64,000 nucleotides of DNA from a virus. The DNA lies in IMG/VR virus record IMGVR_UViG_3300050343_000185; one strand, 5' to 3'. The notes under the pieces are model-generated. The model had not been told where the DNA came from and did not search any database. It saw only the letters and a list, made by a program, of their open reading frames with translations. The translations under genes and the position numbers were made by a program. Below, in pieces: positions 54,601 to 64,000 of this stretch (the first letter of the stretch is position 1; each line of letters begins with the position of its first letter).

Positions 54601-57126
54601 TACTGTAGATGCTAGAATTGATCCACCAGCATCTCCTACTGTATCTCCTACGCTAAATGTGGCAGCAGGAATTACATTACTTACAAAACTAATCTTATCA
54701 ACTTCTAAGTTAGTAACTGCATATACTTCTGGTTGGACAAGATCAAACGGACTAACTTCTAAAGTATCTCCAATGGTATATCCATTACCACCTTCTACAA
54801 TACTTACCTCACTAACAAAACCTAATGTGCCAACTGTATATTGGAATCCAGTACCACCACCATATTCTGGTTCAAAGTTGACAACCATTGTGCCAGCAAC
54901 TGATGGATTAATAGAAATTTTTAACGTAGTTGCATTAATGATTTCATTAACTGTTGTGCCAGAAACAAGTTCACCGTTACCACTTACTTTGGTAATTTCC
55001 ATTCCAACAACAATACCTGTCGTGGAAGCAACTGTTAAATTATCTAAATTTGAGTTGACAATTTTAAGATCTGCACTACCAGGGATAGTTGGTCCCTCTG
55101 ACATAGTGAACTGTGTTCCACTATCAACACTAAGAACAGTTACACCACCAGGAATTTGTCCTGGGTTATTAATGTTTTGAACAATTTCAACACCATCACC
55201 AACTTCAATACCAGTAGTATCGGAAACTGTAATCTGAGGACTACCAGCATCAATTGTAGAAACACTAATAGCAAGATCATTACCACCAGATCCAGGTTGA
55301 ACACCAGAAGTACCACCTAAGGTGTTACCCGCAATGTATAATGAATCTCCTGGTAAGTAACCAGTACCAGCTGTTACAATGGTTACAGATTCATAGAAAG
55401 AATTACCACCACCTTCCGAGATAACAACATCAACAATTAATCCACTACCACCACTAGTGATATTTTGTACGGCAATACTATTATATGTTCTAGCACTACC
55501 AAAAGCATTACCTGTAAACTGAATTGCGGTAACACCTGCTGTAGATGTGAAGGTAATACCACTAAAGGTCAATTCTCCTCTAGCATAAGTGTTGACATTA
55601 CTAACTGCACTTGCTAATGTAAGAATATCTCCAGTTTGATATCCATTACCAAAATCAGCGATCTGATCTAATGCTGAAATAGCACCAAAATTACCACCAA
55701 GAGTAATCTGCATACCAGAACCTAATGTTCCTGCATTGGCAGTGTCTACATCATATAAATCTGCTGCAGCAACAGAGATGACATCTCCTGCTTGGTAAAG
55801 ACCATTTCCTGGAGCATTGACTATAAATTCTGTGACACTACCACCAACAGTTTCGATTTCCATTTGGAATCCACTTTGTTGTGGATTTGGATCTGAGTGA
55901 GTAATAGCACCACCCATTAATGGGTGAACAGCACATCCATAATAAACAACAGCATTTGCTGGGTTTGCTGGTACTGCATATGTAATACTTCTAGTAGTAG
56001 CACCAAAATAACCTGAAACAAATCCTGATCCAGTTACTGTAACTCCATCTAGAACATATGTAAAACCATCAGCAGCATCTAAAATAGTGTTCGCATCATC
56101 TTGTGTAGATGAAAAGAACATTGGGTGTGAACCATTTGTTGGATCAACAACTTCAAAAATATAAGTTTTACCTTTTAATAGATTAAAATCTCCTCCTTCA
56201 AATCCATCAAGGAAATATTTGTTACCTAAAGAAGATTTAACTACAAATGTTTGTGTTCCTGCAAGAGGAATAGTTCCTGTTACAACATCCCCTGCAGTGT
56301 ACTGAGATGTAACAGATACGAATTCGCTGCTATCAACTCCACCAACAGGTTGTACACCACCATTTTGAACACTGAGATTCATCAGCATTCCTGTTCCATT
56401 ACCACCCGTCATTGGGATGCTCTTAAACACCCCGTTTGGATAGTTAGTTCCGCCAGTTACTGTGGCAGCAAACGCACTAATTGTGACATCAGCAGTCATC
56501 TGCTGACCACTACCACCAATTACTGCTAAGTTTGTATATGAACCAGTGGCATAGTTAATACCACCATTAGTAATAGCACCAGCAATTTCATCAACTGTGA
56601 AGTCGATAAGAGCACCAGTACCAGATCCGTTACTAAGAACTGGAATATTTAAATAAACTCCTGGTACATATGCGGAACCAGTAGATGTAACAGATCCACC
56701 AAATCCATCCACTTCGATACCAACAGTAGCAGAATCACCAGTACCACCAATTACTGCAATTCCCGAATAAGATCCAGCGTCATAATTACTACCAGTATTT
56801 AAAACAGCGATGCCGGTAGTATCGAGACTATTTTTCTCAATTACAAAATCTCTGTAATACTTAACGTTTGCCGCTGACAGATCTGATAATTTTTTACTGT
56901 TACTGGCAAATCCTAATACACCTGCCCCATTTCTATAGATGCCTAACGCAGCATCATTTACAAATGCCAAACTCGGAATAGATACTGAACCATCACCTAA
57001 TTTTAAATTTCCTGTAGATAGATCAGATCCACCTGCAGTAACGTTAAAAATTTGAGCAGCGACTTCATTAATTTTTACCCTTTGTTTTTCAAAGGTATCA
57101 GTTCTAGCGACATTAATTGCTGGCAT
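51622..57126 (-). CDS. Large baseplate/tail structural protein (1834 aa)
   Basis: TDTFEKQRVKIN N-terminus; many G.gY repeats; two repeats of IRxNT...YEGY...WxSLGGVxDxDxNTxI. Confidence 0.8.
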   Translation of the reverse strand: MPAINVARTDTFEKQRVKINEVAAQIFNVTAGGSDLSTGNLKLGDGSVSIPSLAFVNDAALGIYRNGAGVLGFASNSKKLSDLSAANVKYYRDFVIEKNSLDTTGIAVLNTGSNYDAGSYSGIAVIGGTGDSATVGIEVDGFGGSVTSTGSAYVPGVYLNIPVLSNGSGTGALIDFTVDEIAGAITNGGINYATGSYTNLAVIGGSGQQMTADVTISAFAATVTGGTNYPNGVFKSIPMTGGNGTGMLMNLSVQNGGVQPVGGVDSSEFVSVTSQYTAGDVVTGTIPLAGTQTFVVKSSLGNKYFLDGFEGGDFNLLKGKTYIFEVVDPTNGSHPMFFSSTQDDANTILDAADGFTYVLDGVTVTGSGFVSGYFGATTRSITYAVPANPANAVVYYGCAVHPLMGGAITHSDPNPQQSGFQMEIETVGGSVTEFIVNAPGNGLYQAGDVISVAAADLYDVDTANAGTLGSGMQITLGGNFGAISALDQIADFGNGYQTGDILTLASAVSNVNTYARGELTFSGITFTSTAGVTAIQFTGNAFGSARTYNSIAVQNITSGGSGLIVDVVISEGGGNSFYESVTIVTAGTGYLPGDSLYIAGNTLGGTSGVQPGSGGNDLAISVSTIDAGSPQITVSDTTGIEVGDGVEIVQNINNPGQIPGGVTVLSVDSGTQFTMSEGPTIPGSADLKIVNSNLDNLTVASTTGIVVGMEITKVSGNGELVSGTTVNEIINATTLKISINPSVAGTMVVNFEPEYGGGTGFQYTVGTLGFVSEVSIVEGGNGYTIGDTLEVSPFDLVQPEVYAVTNLEVDKISFVSNVIPAATFSVGDTVGDAGGSILASTVTVSTVVAAANDGVYSGVVQSATSGNGVGATFDIQRDNTGAILSAVITTGSEGSFYADNDTITIPGASIGGNTPADNLTITVNSVNAAGDPVVVRKVATAAGNIDYIVVDRFGFSAGDILVNASAPTVGYETDTAETEYRYFVDLNDGNGATMTPSWTVYSGNSYVFDLSDGTNGGHDFALSTFRDGIWAPSRRENLSTTLETTSKIITITSTSGITAGMVVQKVSGDGILGDNTTVVSVDSATQLTLSSNPTTPGEVVINIFGAQYTDGVTVDGTNVTIKVSDTTPTLYYFCSTENIDHQNEGGDDNDEAQITVSTNNPKTFGSGFSLSVTDVIVEEVVKGTVQDGFFEVQKLTTPLAEATEAVIANATISTLLTSTAITCGNFSGPAAGNIDIAVDDPLTGIVNVTAATLNVGSKVQFAATTGDLTVTNILKGSEVRIGDYLKIENVDNSFRSLGGFDVKFVPDTGRIADVLTNTAIAVPSGNTSERPVAGIVKDGCIRFNTDTNQYEGYSSQTSSWASLGGVRDLDGNTFILAEESVGNNDNTLWFINDNINTVRFTPNHLEFVNMKKMRSVNVTAPAYTEWAANVPVTEGQYLKYKNNLYLVPSGGAGTTATSGSEPTHTSGTLPNGSAQLEYSQIAVAPLTFEDIEELRIGPLGDLPLSINGDLRLADNVVSTDVSDLLLRPNSGKKVIIDAATSLVIPNGSTGERGTAEQGSIRYNTTNLTYEGYDGTNWGSLGGVKDVDQNTYIIPETVPGANENILYFYNDGNNSLQLTTSALDFYTVDTIRSQSSNQFEITANLMTFNNAETTFDNTDTTRTFLHTSKPYFDLGVSTGIYVDPILRLDDQGDVYLNTGFGTGNYNGVKVFDGDLKEFELADIKISSEKVTLIKGSANNGGSNIYDTTVAKGAKVVVVAENQADGSKEFIEFGVTDDGTDIFHTEYGNLRTGYQLIVPEFEFTSGNEARLNITLGADVPTTNTVVITFSSTITKN

Positions 57127-57319
57127 TTCTTACTAACTCTCTAAGTAGGGATTTGATTTCAGAGATTTCATCCTTCAACATATTTATGTCTTCTAACGCG
57201 GAACCAAGGTGTTTTGATTTGCGTCTAGATTCTATAGCAGAATTGTCGAAATTGATGATAGCACCTGTGGTCTCGTCTCTAACGAGACCATCATGACCCT
57301 CTACTTTAATGTAACTCAT
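57113..57319 (-). CDS. Conserved cyanophage hypothetical protein (68 aa)
   Basis: KVEGHDGLVRD...GAIIN...EISEIKSLL. Confidence 0.75.
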   Translation of the reverse strand: MSYIKVEGHDGLVRDETTGAIINFDNSAIESRRKSKHLGSALEDINMLKDEISEIKSLLRELVRNASN

Positions 57320-57328
57320 ATGCGGAAA

Positions 57329-60300
57329 TTAGAATGCTGCTACTGCTCTGATGTCTTGAATTTTGGGAACAAATGCTGGATCAACTCCCTTCATAACAAT
57401 CTTAACAGCAAATGATGAGAACTCTGGGAGATCAGACACACTATAAGTAATGTCTTGATACGAAGATTGTTTCTCTATAACAGAAGAAATTGTATTTTCT
57501 GCTGTAGCAATCTCTAGTGAATTTGGAGATCCATCTTCATTAAAGTATATCCAGTTAATGTCTTCAAAGTTTTCTTGACTCGAAGATTTTTTAAATTTAT
57601 AAAGAACTTGAACATCATTAATGTCTTTAGAATTTAATGTTATATGAACATCAACAGCAGTTGCCGGATTATTAATTACAACTTCTTTTGTAACATATTT
57701 TGCCACAGCAGAACTGTTTTTGGAAGTGTTGTCCGAAACATATGTTATTCCATTAGCATAAGTAATTTCTTTAATTTCTAAGAATCTTGCTTCCTCATCT
57801 ACTTGATTTGGATACTTAAGAAAGTCTCCTACTCTAAAGATATCAGAAAGTTGATCATTTACAACAGAATTTCTATTGTATATTACATTGTCAATAATTC
57901 TTCCTGTGAAGTCATCTGCTAATGGTTGTGTATCATTCCTTACTTCCAATTCTTGGGTTTTATTGTTCCAAATAACCGCAGTTCCGGTAATGATGTTATC
58001 ATATGATTCTAAAATATTAGATGGATTTCTGGCAACCATAGTTGCCGCATCAGGAATATCAAGGAATACTTCAATTGGGTTGGTATCAATAGTAGCAGCT
58101 GGTACAATTACACCATTAAGAGTCTCAACTAACGTTGGCTGATTTCCTAATGTAACTCTTTCTCCTCTCTTAAAGAATTGACTTGTTTTAAGTCTCACAT
58201 AAACTGTGGAACCATCAACTCTAGCAATAGTACCAACTGCTTTTGAAGTATATCCTTCGATAGCTTGGTTGTTTTGAATTTGACTACCGCTGGTATTTCC
58301 TATATTAAACTTATAGATTGGGTAGAACTTAATAACTTGATCTCTTCTTCCGTATCTGTCTTCTTGCCCAGTAGCAGATTCAATTCTATTAGATATAGTT
58401 TTGACACTTGCTGTGGAAAGATCAACTACAGGGGAAAGATATGAAACAGTAGATGAAAGAGACAACTTATACATTAATGAAGTAACATTGTTTAATGTCT
58501 CATTAATATCAGAAGCAATGAATTTTTGATTCGTGAAATAATGTGGTTCATTTAAAAATGTCTTTTCATAATCTGTCTGTGAGTATGATGTGTAATTATT
58601 AGTTGTTGAATCTACGGGAACAACATTTGTTGTTTTGATAGAAGAACTTAGTTTAGTTCCGGTAAATGATAAGTATTGAATTTGTGGATATAAAATTTCA
58701 TATTTTCTGTTGTAAGTAGCATATACTACTTCACCACCACCTTCAATGTTTCCGGAAGCAGCAACATCTGATACAATATTGTAGGTATCAATTCCACTAT
58801 TTGTAATCTGGAATAATTTGCTGTTTAAAACATCAGAAGTCACACCACCAGTCTCAACCGCTCCTTTGAAGAAAACATAAGAGGATCCAGAAGTTTCAAA
58901 TCCATTATCTCTATGTGATACTTGAATGATGTTGTTGTTGTTTCGGAAGAGTCTTGAAGTCGCGTTTGTATTAGCTGTAGCATTAGTATTGAATGGATTC
59001 TTAGATAATAACTCATAACCTAAAGATTCATTTGTTAATACTAACTCTGCAGTTTTGGTGATATTAAATTCTGCTCTGTATAGAGTAAACTTGACATCCT
59101 CAAAATTATCTTCTGTCCAGTTGTCTACATTTTGTGATCTGTATACTGAACCAAGAGAAGGTTGTGTCGTAATAACAGTACTTGTAGAAACATCAACTTC
59201 CCCAAGTCTAGATACCCAAATTTCATAGTCAGTTGAGTCTGTTTCAATTGCCATGGCATACTCTGTGTCATTCTGTAGATATACAGGATGTTCAAATTCA
59301 AAATGTGTTGGGACAGTGGAATCTGTGAGACCACTCTGATCCACTGCTACACCCATTCTGACAGCCGGACTATCAATCTCTATCTCAGTCTCAATTATCG
59401 CTCCTCCAGCGCCGTTACCGATGCCTTTGATGACGACCGATGGTGGTTCTGTATATCCAAATCCGTTCAAACTAATTTCTGTATTATAAAGTTTGCCGTC
59501 AGATACTTCCACACTAGCAGTAGCAACAGATCCACCAGGAAGTTGTGGACTTTCAATAGTTAAAATTGCGTTAGTATAATTTTGACCTGTAGATGTAATT
59601 CTGATATTTGAAACTTTGCCACTATCTTTAGCAACAGTTAGAACTCCAAATTCTCCTTGTGTATTGTTTCTGAGAGTTACTGATGGAACTGAAAGTTGTT
59701 CGTTTTGATTAAACGAACGACCATTGTGGTTACTCAGAACAAGTGTATATACTTGCTCATTTGTTAGCAAGAACCTACCAGAAGAAGATGGAATTAAATC
59801 AACACCATTTTTATCAATAACCTTTTCAATTGGACCACTTGCGGCAGAAGTAGTTCCCGTTACGTTTTCGCCTTTGGTAATATAAACATTTCCATTTGCC
59901 GAGAATTTAATATACGTAAATGGAGATAGGATTTTTTCTGTTCCAGGAATAATATTTTTGCCTGGTTTGTCCGACTCTACATTGGTTAAGTATACTTTGA
60001 CGGGAACCTTATTACTCTTTTTGTTGAAGTAAAGATCAATACCAGTAGTAAATACTCCACCATCATAGTTTTCAACTTTAAATGTTTGAGCAAGTGGATT
60101 TGGTCTTACAGGATTATCTGTATTACTATCGACAAATTGAACACCCTCGTTTGCTTTAAAGAAAGATGGTTTGGTTGAGATAATACTAACAGGATTTTCT
60201 GGTAAAATGCCTGTAGCATAATACTTAACTTCAGCATATGTAGACACTGTTAGTTTATCAGCATCGCTATCGCTTGAAGTAAACCTGAAAGTCTTAACTC

Positions 60301-63300
60301 CAGATGTAATTCTTACTTCTTCGGAATCTGTATCATAATCAACAGTATCAACATCGCCACCCCATGTAGCATTTTGTCTAGGAGCAAAACCTGCAGGTAA
60401 TAAGATCAATCCACTAGCGTTGCCATCATTGTCTGTAGTTATAGTGCCGTTAAAAGCTGATAGTGAATTACCAGCAACACCAGTAAATCTGAGATCTGGA
60501 TTTACCCAACGACTAATATCTCGACCTTCTAAGAAGACTGAGATATTAGTATTTGGTTTTAGTCTACTAATTACAAACTTAACTGGTTGACTTCTAGCAA
60601 AGAATTGTAGTGAAGTAGATACAGAATTGCCTCTAACGATAGAAGATTGTACTCCTTTAGCAATATCATTATTTTGTGGACTGATGTTTGAGGAACTTGA
60701 AACAGAAGCTTTACTTACAGAAGACTGGGATTCTAAGGAATTGATTTGTCCTAGAGAATTGATAGATGTAAATGATGGAGAAGATCCAACCCAGTTTATG
60801 ATAAAGGAATTATGTAAACTTGAAAAACTTTCTCTTACATCTTGCTTAGCAAGAAAAATCTTATATAGATCAGTATTTGTATCTACTACAAGAGGTTCTG
60901 TGGATTGATCATACCATTGATCGATACTTGGTGATATAGAAGCATCGCCAACATATTGTAAAACAACAAATGGATTTGGGTTTAATGTTTTTGAAGCAAA
61001 ACTATTACCTAATAGATTTAAACTAGTGTAAGGTAGAGTGATAATGTTGCCAGATTTTTTATATCCAGAAACAAATCTTTGATCTTCCCTAGTATTGAGT
61101 TCTTCTAAGAATAGAGAATCTTCTTTAGATTGGGGACGTAAAACTGATTGCTGAGAATCAACTGCACATTGGTAATCAAGAGATACTAGATTTCCAGATC
61201 TATGGGATTCAAAATTATCAACTAAGAAACCTGATTTGAATCTATCCAAACCAATTTCGTCTTTGATCTGCATGTTTAAAGCTTGTTGCTCTAGGATGCT
61301 GAGTGTAGTGTAATACTCTAAACGTTCGATACGCTTCTCTAGTTTGCCGATATCACGCATCGTGTAACGGCGATTATCGACTGATGTAATTCTTACATCT
61401 TTGCTGGTTTGAGTAAACGCAGGAATATAAGCATAGAATAAAGCAATCGCATCATCAATAGGATCTGGTTTAGTTGGATTTAATGAAGAGTTTCCTTCCT
61501 TAACAATAAAGTTTCCATTTTTATTCAAGAAAACTCCATCAATTCTATCAAGATATTGTACTTGACTAAAAGAGATTGTGTACTCTAGTCCAAGATCTGG
61601 TGCTGGTGTAGCAGCAATTACAGATCCTACTCCGGCAAATTTACCTACACTATCTGCCAAAGAAGATTGATCTTGGAAACCAGCGATAGTTGATGCAGAA
61701 TCAACCTTAGGTCTAAAGTCTAACAAATTTTTTAAATTTACAATTCCATAGACAGAAGAATTGAATGAGGGAATGAGGTCTTCGGTTACACCCGCTTCAT
61801 GAATATAACTATCAATTGTACAGAAGTCTCCCTGAGACTGTTCAAAGTAATCAAAAGCAATTACAAGTTGACCTGTAGTTTGTTCTTTTCCAGGTTTTAA
61901 TACAATACGAGAAACATCATATATGGTATCTCTTTGTCCATTATCAAACGTAAATCTATCTGTTACATCTATTCCAGAAATTAACTGTCCTGAAGTATCA
62001 ACAGTTGGTGGTTGTGTTGCGCTACCTTCATAGACATATTTCAGTTTATAAGCATCTGAATATGAAATAGTTTCAACAACATCACTATCGTAATTAGTTC
62101 CTCTAAATGGGATTACACGATCTCCAGAAGAAGTAACAACAATCCTTCTGTTTTCAATAGAAGTTTTTAATCTAGGTTTGGCATTTGAAACTTCTAATGT
62201 TGCAGATAGTTTTAACTTGGGGAATGTGCCATTTACTGGAATAGTTCCAAAGTATGATGTTGGTAGATTGAGACTAATACTACCAGATGTTAGTCCACTT
62301 GCTGTATCAGTAGCAGAACTAATTTCTACAGAGTCTACATCAACGTAAATGATATCACCCTTACTGATATTTGGAGCATCACCTGGATCTAATACAGTAA
62401 TAACATAATTTTCTTCAGTAAAAGTAGCAAACCTTTGTGTACCAAATGGTAGTTGAGCAGCAAAAGTAATTGTACCACCAGACGTAGATGCTGTAGTTAC
62501 AAAATCTCTACGGAAAAAATATTTGATATTTGTTTCTTCGGGTGTATTAGAAACTTTTTTAATCTGATTGCTTCCTGTTGGGAATAATAAAGTTCCTAAG
62601 TTAGCATTATCTACTCTAGGACGTAATCTAACAATACTAGTATTGGTTACATTACCAGGAAGGACAGTATCCATGTATACTCTAGACTTAGAAGATCCTT
62701 GTCTTTGAGTAGCATATTGTACAACAGCACGAACTAGTGTGTTGCTTTCATCTGAAAACTGAACAACATCTCCTTGCTGTAGCAAAATACTAGCATCAGC
62801 ACTAAAACTAGTAGATTCTATAAAATTATAACCTTTAGAACCAAAGAAAGTAAAATCAGTGACTGATTTAATTTCTGCATATGATTGATCATCTGTAACT
62901 AAATCTGCAGTAAAGATATTGGCATTGCCAGATCCATATTGTGCTGTTACAGATTTTACATTTTGTGGTGTGTAAGTTGTTACAGAATTTCTAGTTAGTA
63001 CAGGTAAAATAACAGCACTAATGCTAGGATTAGCAGCTCCATCTGGTTGTTTAATTGATACTGCTGGTGGTTGGGAATACTCAGTAGATAAAGCAGACTT
63101 GTTATTAATTTCAACTGTATAGAACGAACCGTTTGTCAAGCGCATCAATTCTGCTGCTGCAGCATCGTATTCTACGCCATTGATAACAAGAGTAGAACCA
63201 TCAGCATATCCAAGTCCACGATTAACTACAATAAATTTAGAAATTGTATTGTCTTTAGCAATTTTATTTGTAACCCCATCTTCATCTCTAATGGATTCTC

Positions 63301-64000
63301 CAGAAGCAAATTTACCAGAAAGAGTTTTTACAAATAGAATACTACCAATGGAATATGTTCCGGAAGGTGCTCCTTCAACAACTCCATAAGCACCACTAGT
63401 CAATCCAACAACATACTTACCAATTCCAAAACTATTATTTTGTGGGACAGTTTGTAGTAGTAATTTTGTGTAAAATTCAGGATCAAAATAAGAAAGACCA
63501 AAAATGGCATTGTATGTGTCGCCACCTGCTGCCAATCTTCCTTTAGATAAGATAATGTCAGAGTCCGAATTAAATCCAAGACCTCTATTCTTTAAGAAAT
63601 AGTTGCTTGGTTTTGCTCTACCAACTAAAGGTGTGATAGTTTCACTATAATCAATGATATATCCTAATTCGTTGCTATCAGTAGAAGCATCTGCTTCTGA
63701 TAAAAATATATTTCTTTGATAATTAGTATCACCTGGATCGTATTCCAGCATCAATAATTCAATATCTTCTTTCTCTCCAACTACTGTTAATTCTAGGAAT
63801 AGAACAGAGTCATTAGCATTGAGTAATGGTTTGTTTACTTTAGCAAAAGATAATGACTTTAATGTTCCTGTTGTAAGTGCATTACCAGCATCGTCTCTTG
63901 TTTTGATGAAATACAAATCTGCCAAATTAGCAAACGTACCATCTGTAATCGATGCCAATGTAGTGGTTGTGTTTGTTACATTAATAGTAACTGTTTTGAT
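57329..64000 (-). CDS. Very large baseplate structural protein (DUF4815/VrlC-like), 5' end outside the window
   Basis: RYTMRDIGKLEKRIERLEYYTTLSILE, DRFKSGFLVDNF, NPNPFVV, PKIQDIRAVA. The frame is open to 64000, so the tracked start at 63958 is an internal TTG. Confidence 0.85.
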   Translation of the reverse strand: MKTVTINVTNTTTTLASITDGTFANLADLYFIKTRDDAGNALTTGTLKSLSFAKVNKPLLNANDSVLFLELTVVGEKEDIELLMLEYDPGDTNYQRNIFLSEADASTDSNELGYIIDYSETITPLVGRAKPSNYFLKNRGLGFNSDSDIILSKGRLAAGGDTYNAIFGLSYFDPEFYTKLLLQTVPQNNSFGIGKYVVGLTSGAYGVVEGAPSGTYSIGSILFVKTLSGKFASGESIRDEDGVTNKIAKDNTISKFIVVNRGLGYADGSTLVINGVEYDAAAAELMRLTNGSFYTVEINNKSALSTEYSQPPAVSIKQPDGAANPSISAVILPVLTRNSVTTYTPQNVKSVTAQYGSGNANIFTADLVTDDQSYAEIKSVTDFTFFGSKGYNFIESTSFSADASILLQQGDVVQFSDESNTLVRAVVQYATQRQGSSKSRVYMDTVLPGNVTNTSIVRLRPRVDNANLGTLLFPTGSNQIKKVSNTPEETNIKYFFRRDFVTTASTSGGTITFAAQLPFGTQRFATFTEENYVITVLDPGDAPNISKGDIIYVDVDSVEISSATDTASGLTSGSISLNLPTSYFGTIPVNGTFPKLKLSATLEVSNAKPRLKTSIENRRIVVTSSGDRVIPFRGTNYDSDVVETISYSDAYKLKYVYEGSATQPPTVDTSGQLISGIDVTDRFTFDNGQRDTIYDVSRIVLKPGKEQTTGQLVIAFDYFEQSQGDFCTIDSYIHEAGVTEDLIPSFNSSVYGIVNLKNLLDFRPKVDSASTIAGFQDQSSLADSVGKFAGVGSVIAATPAPDLGLEYTISFSQVQYLDRIDGVFLNKNGNFIVKEGNSSLNPTKPDPIDDAIALFYAYIPAFTQTSKDVRITSVDNRRYTMRDIGKLEKRIERLEYYTTLSILEQQALNMQIKDEIGLDRFKSGFLVDNFESHRSGNLVSLDYQCAVDSQQSVLRPQSKEDSLFLEELNTREDQRFVSGYKKSGNIITLPYTSLNLLGNSFASKTLNPNPFVVLQYVGDASISPSIDQWYDQSTEPLVVDTNTDLYKIFLAKQDVRESFSSLHNSFIINWVGSSPSFTSINSLGQINSLESQSSVSKASVSSSSNISPQNNDIAKGVQSSIVRGNSVSTSLQFFARSQPVKFVISRLKPNTNISVFLEGRDISRWVNPDLRFTGVAGNSLSAFNGTITTDNDGNASGLILLPAGFAPRQNATWGGDVDTVDYDTDSEEVRITSGVKTFRFTSSDSDADKLTVSTYAEVKYYATGILPENPVSIISTKPSFFKANEGVQFVDSNTDNPVRPNPLAQTFKVENYDGGVFTTGIDLYFNKKSNKVPVKVYLTNVESDKPGKNIIPGTEKILSPFTYIKFSANGNVYITKGENVTGTTSAASGPIEKVIDKNGVDLIPSSSGRFLLTNEQVYTLVLSNHNGRSFNQNEQLSVPSVTLRNNTQGEFGVLTVAKDSGKVSNIRITSTGQNYTNAILTIESPQLPGGSVATASVEVSDGKLYNTEISLNGFGYTEPPSVVIKGIGNGAGGAIIETEIEIDSPAVRMGVAVDQSGLTDSTVPTHFEFEHPVYLQNDTEYAMAIETDSTDYEIWVSRLGEVDVSTSTVITTQPSLGSVYRSQNVDNWTEDNFEDVKFTLYRAEFNITKTAELVLTNESLGYELLSKNPFNTNATANTNATSRLFRNNNNIIQVSHRDNGFETSGSSYVFFKGAVETGGVTSDVLNSKLFQITNSGIDTYNIVSDVAASGNIEGGGEVVYATYNRKYEILYPQIQYLSFTGTKLSSSIKTTNVVPVDSTTNNYTSYSQTDYEKTFLNEPHYFTNQKFIASDINETLNNVTSLMYKLSLSSTVSYLSPVVDLSTASVKTISNRIESATGQEDRYGRRDQVIKFYPIYKFNIGNTSGSQIQNNQAIEGYTSKAVGTIARVDGSTVYVRLKTSQFFKRGERVTLGNQPTLVETLNGVIVPAATIDTNPIEVFLDIPDAATMVARNPSNILESYDNIITGTAVIWNNKTQELEVRNDTQPLADDFTGRIIDNVIYNRNSVVNDQLSDIFRVGDFLKYPNQVDEEARFLEIKEITYANGITYVSDNTSKNSSAVAKYVTKEVVINNPATAVDVHITLNSKDINDVQVLYKFKKSSSQENFEDINWIYFNEDGSPNSLEIATAENTISSVIEKQSSYQDITYSVSDLPEFSSFAVKIVMKGVDPAFVPKIQDIRAVAAF

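Noticed and set aside
54488-55180. 230-aa plus-strand ORF (and the many other plus-strand ORFs of 60-125 aa)
   Set aside because: Antisense shadows of Gly/Thr/Val-rich minus-strand genes; no motifs, RBS or promoter context.
39553-57126. Collagen-like fibres as substrates for the prolyl-hydroxylase-like enzymes
   Set aside because: No extended Gly-X-Y repeats were seen in any fibre in this window.
1-64000. tRNA genes, CRISPR arrays, DGR (RT plus TR/VR) and IS elements
   Set aside because: No T-loop GTTCGA cloverleaf, regular repeat-spacer array, reverse transcriptase or transposase was recognised by eye; a tRNAscan/self-BLAST run would settle it.

Overview
A 64-kb segment of a T4-like marine cyanophage (cyanomyovirus) genome, with essentially all genes on the minus strand. 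Read in transcription direction (right to left), it holds three very large baseplate/tail-fibre proteins and two fibre-tip plus chaperone modules. Next is an 8.3-kb late operon with a U32-family Fe-S hydroxylase fused to a SAM methyltransferase and six 2OG-Fe(II) oxygenases. Then come neck/tail genes gp13-gp16, an accessory island (plastocyanin petE, micro-ORFs, SNase-like nuclease), and the packaging/head/tail core gp17-gp23. The left end carries gp3, uvsY, uvsW, gp55, gp47/46, a vWA-metallopeptidase plus CobS-like MoxR ATPase pair, the clamp/clamp loader gp45/44/62, dam, a DenV-like gene and the start of regA. At least 12 single-base indels break otherwise intact genes (10 of them in the first 6.3 kb) and are most likely sequencing errors. 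Best novelty candidates: (1) the promoter- and terminator-bounded late operon linking a receptor-binding fibre module to a battery of hydroxylating/methylating enzymes; (2) two promoters with identical architecture, no -35 box and a palindrome 34 bp above the -10 box; (3) a back-to-back sigma70 promoter pair upstream of gp55 that should fire an antisense RNA. All family assignments come from motif recognition by eye; no database searches were run.
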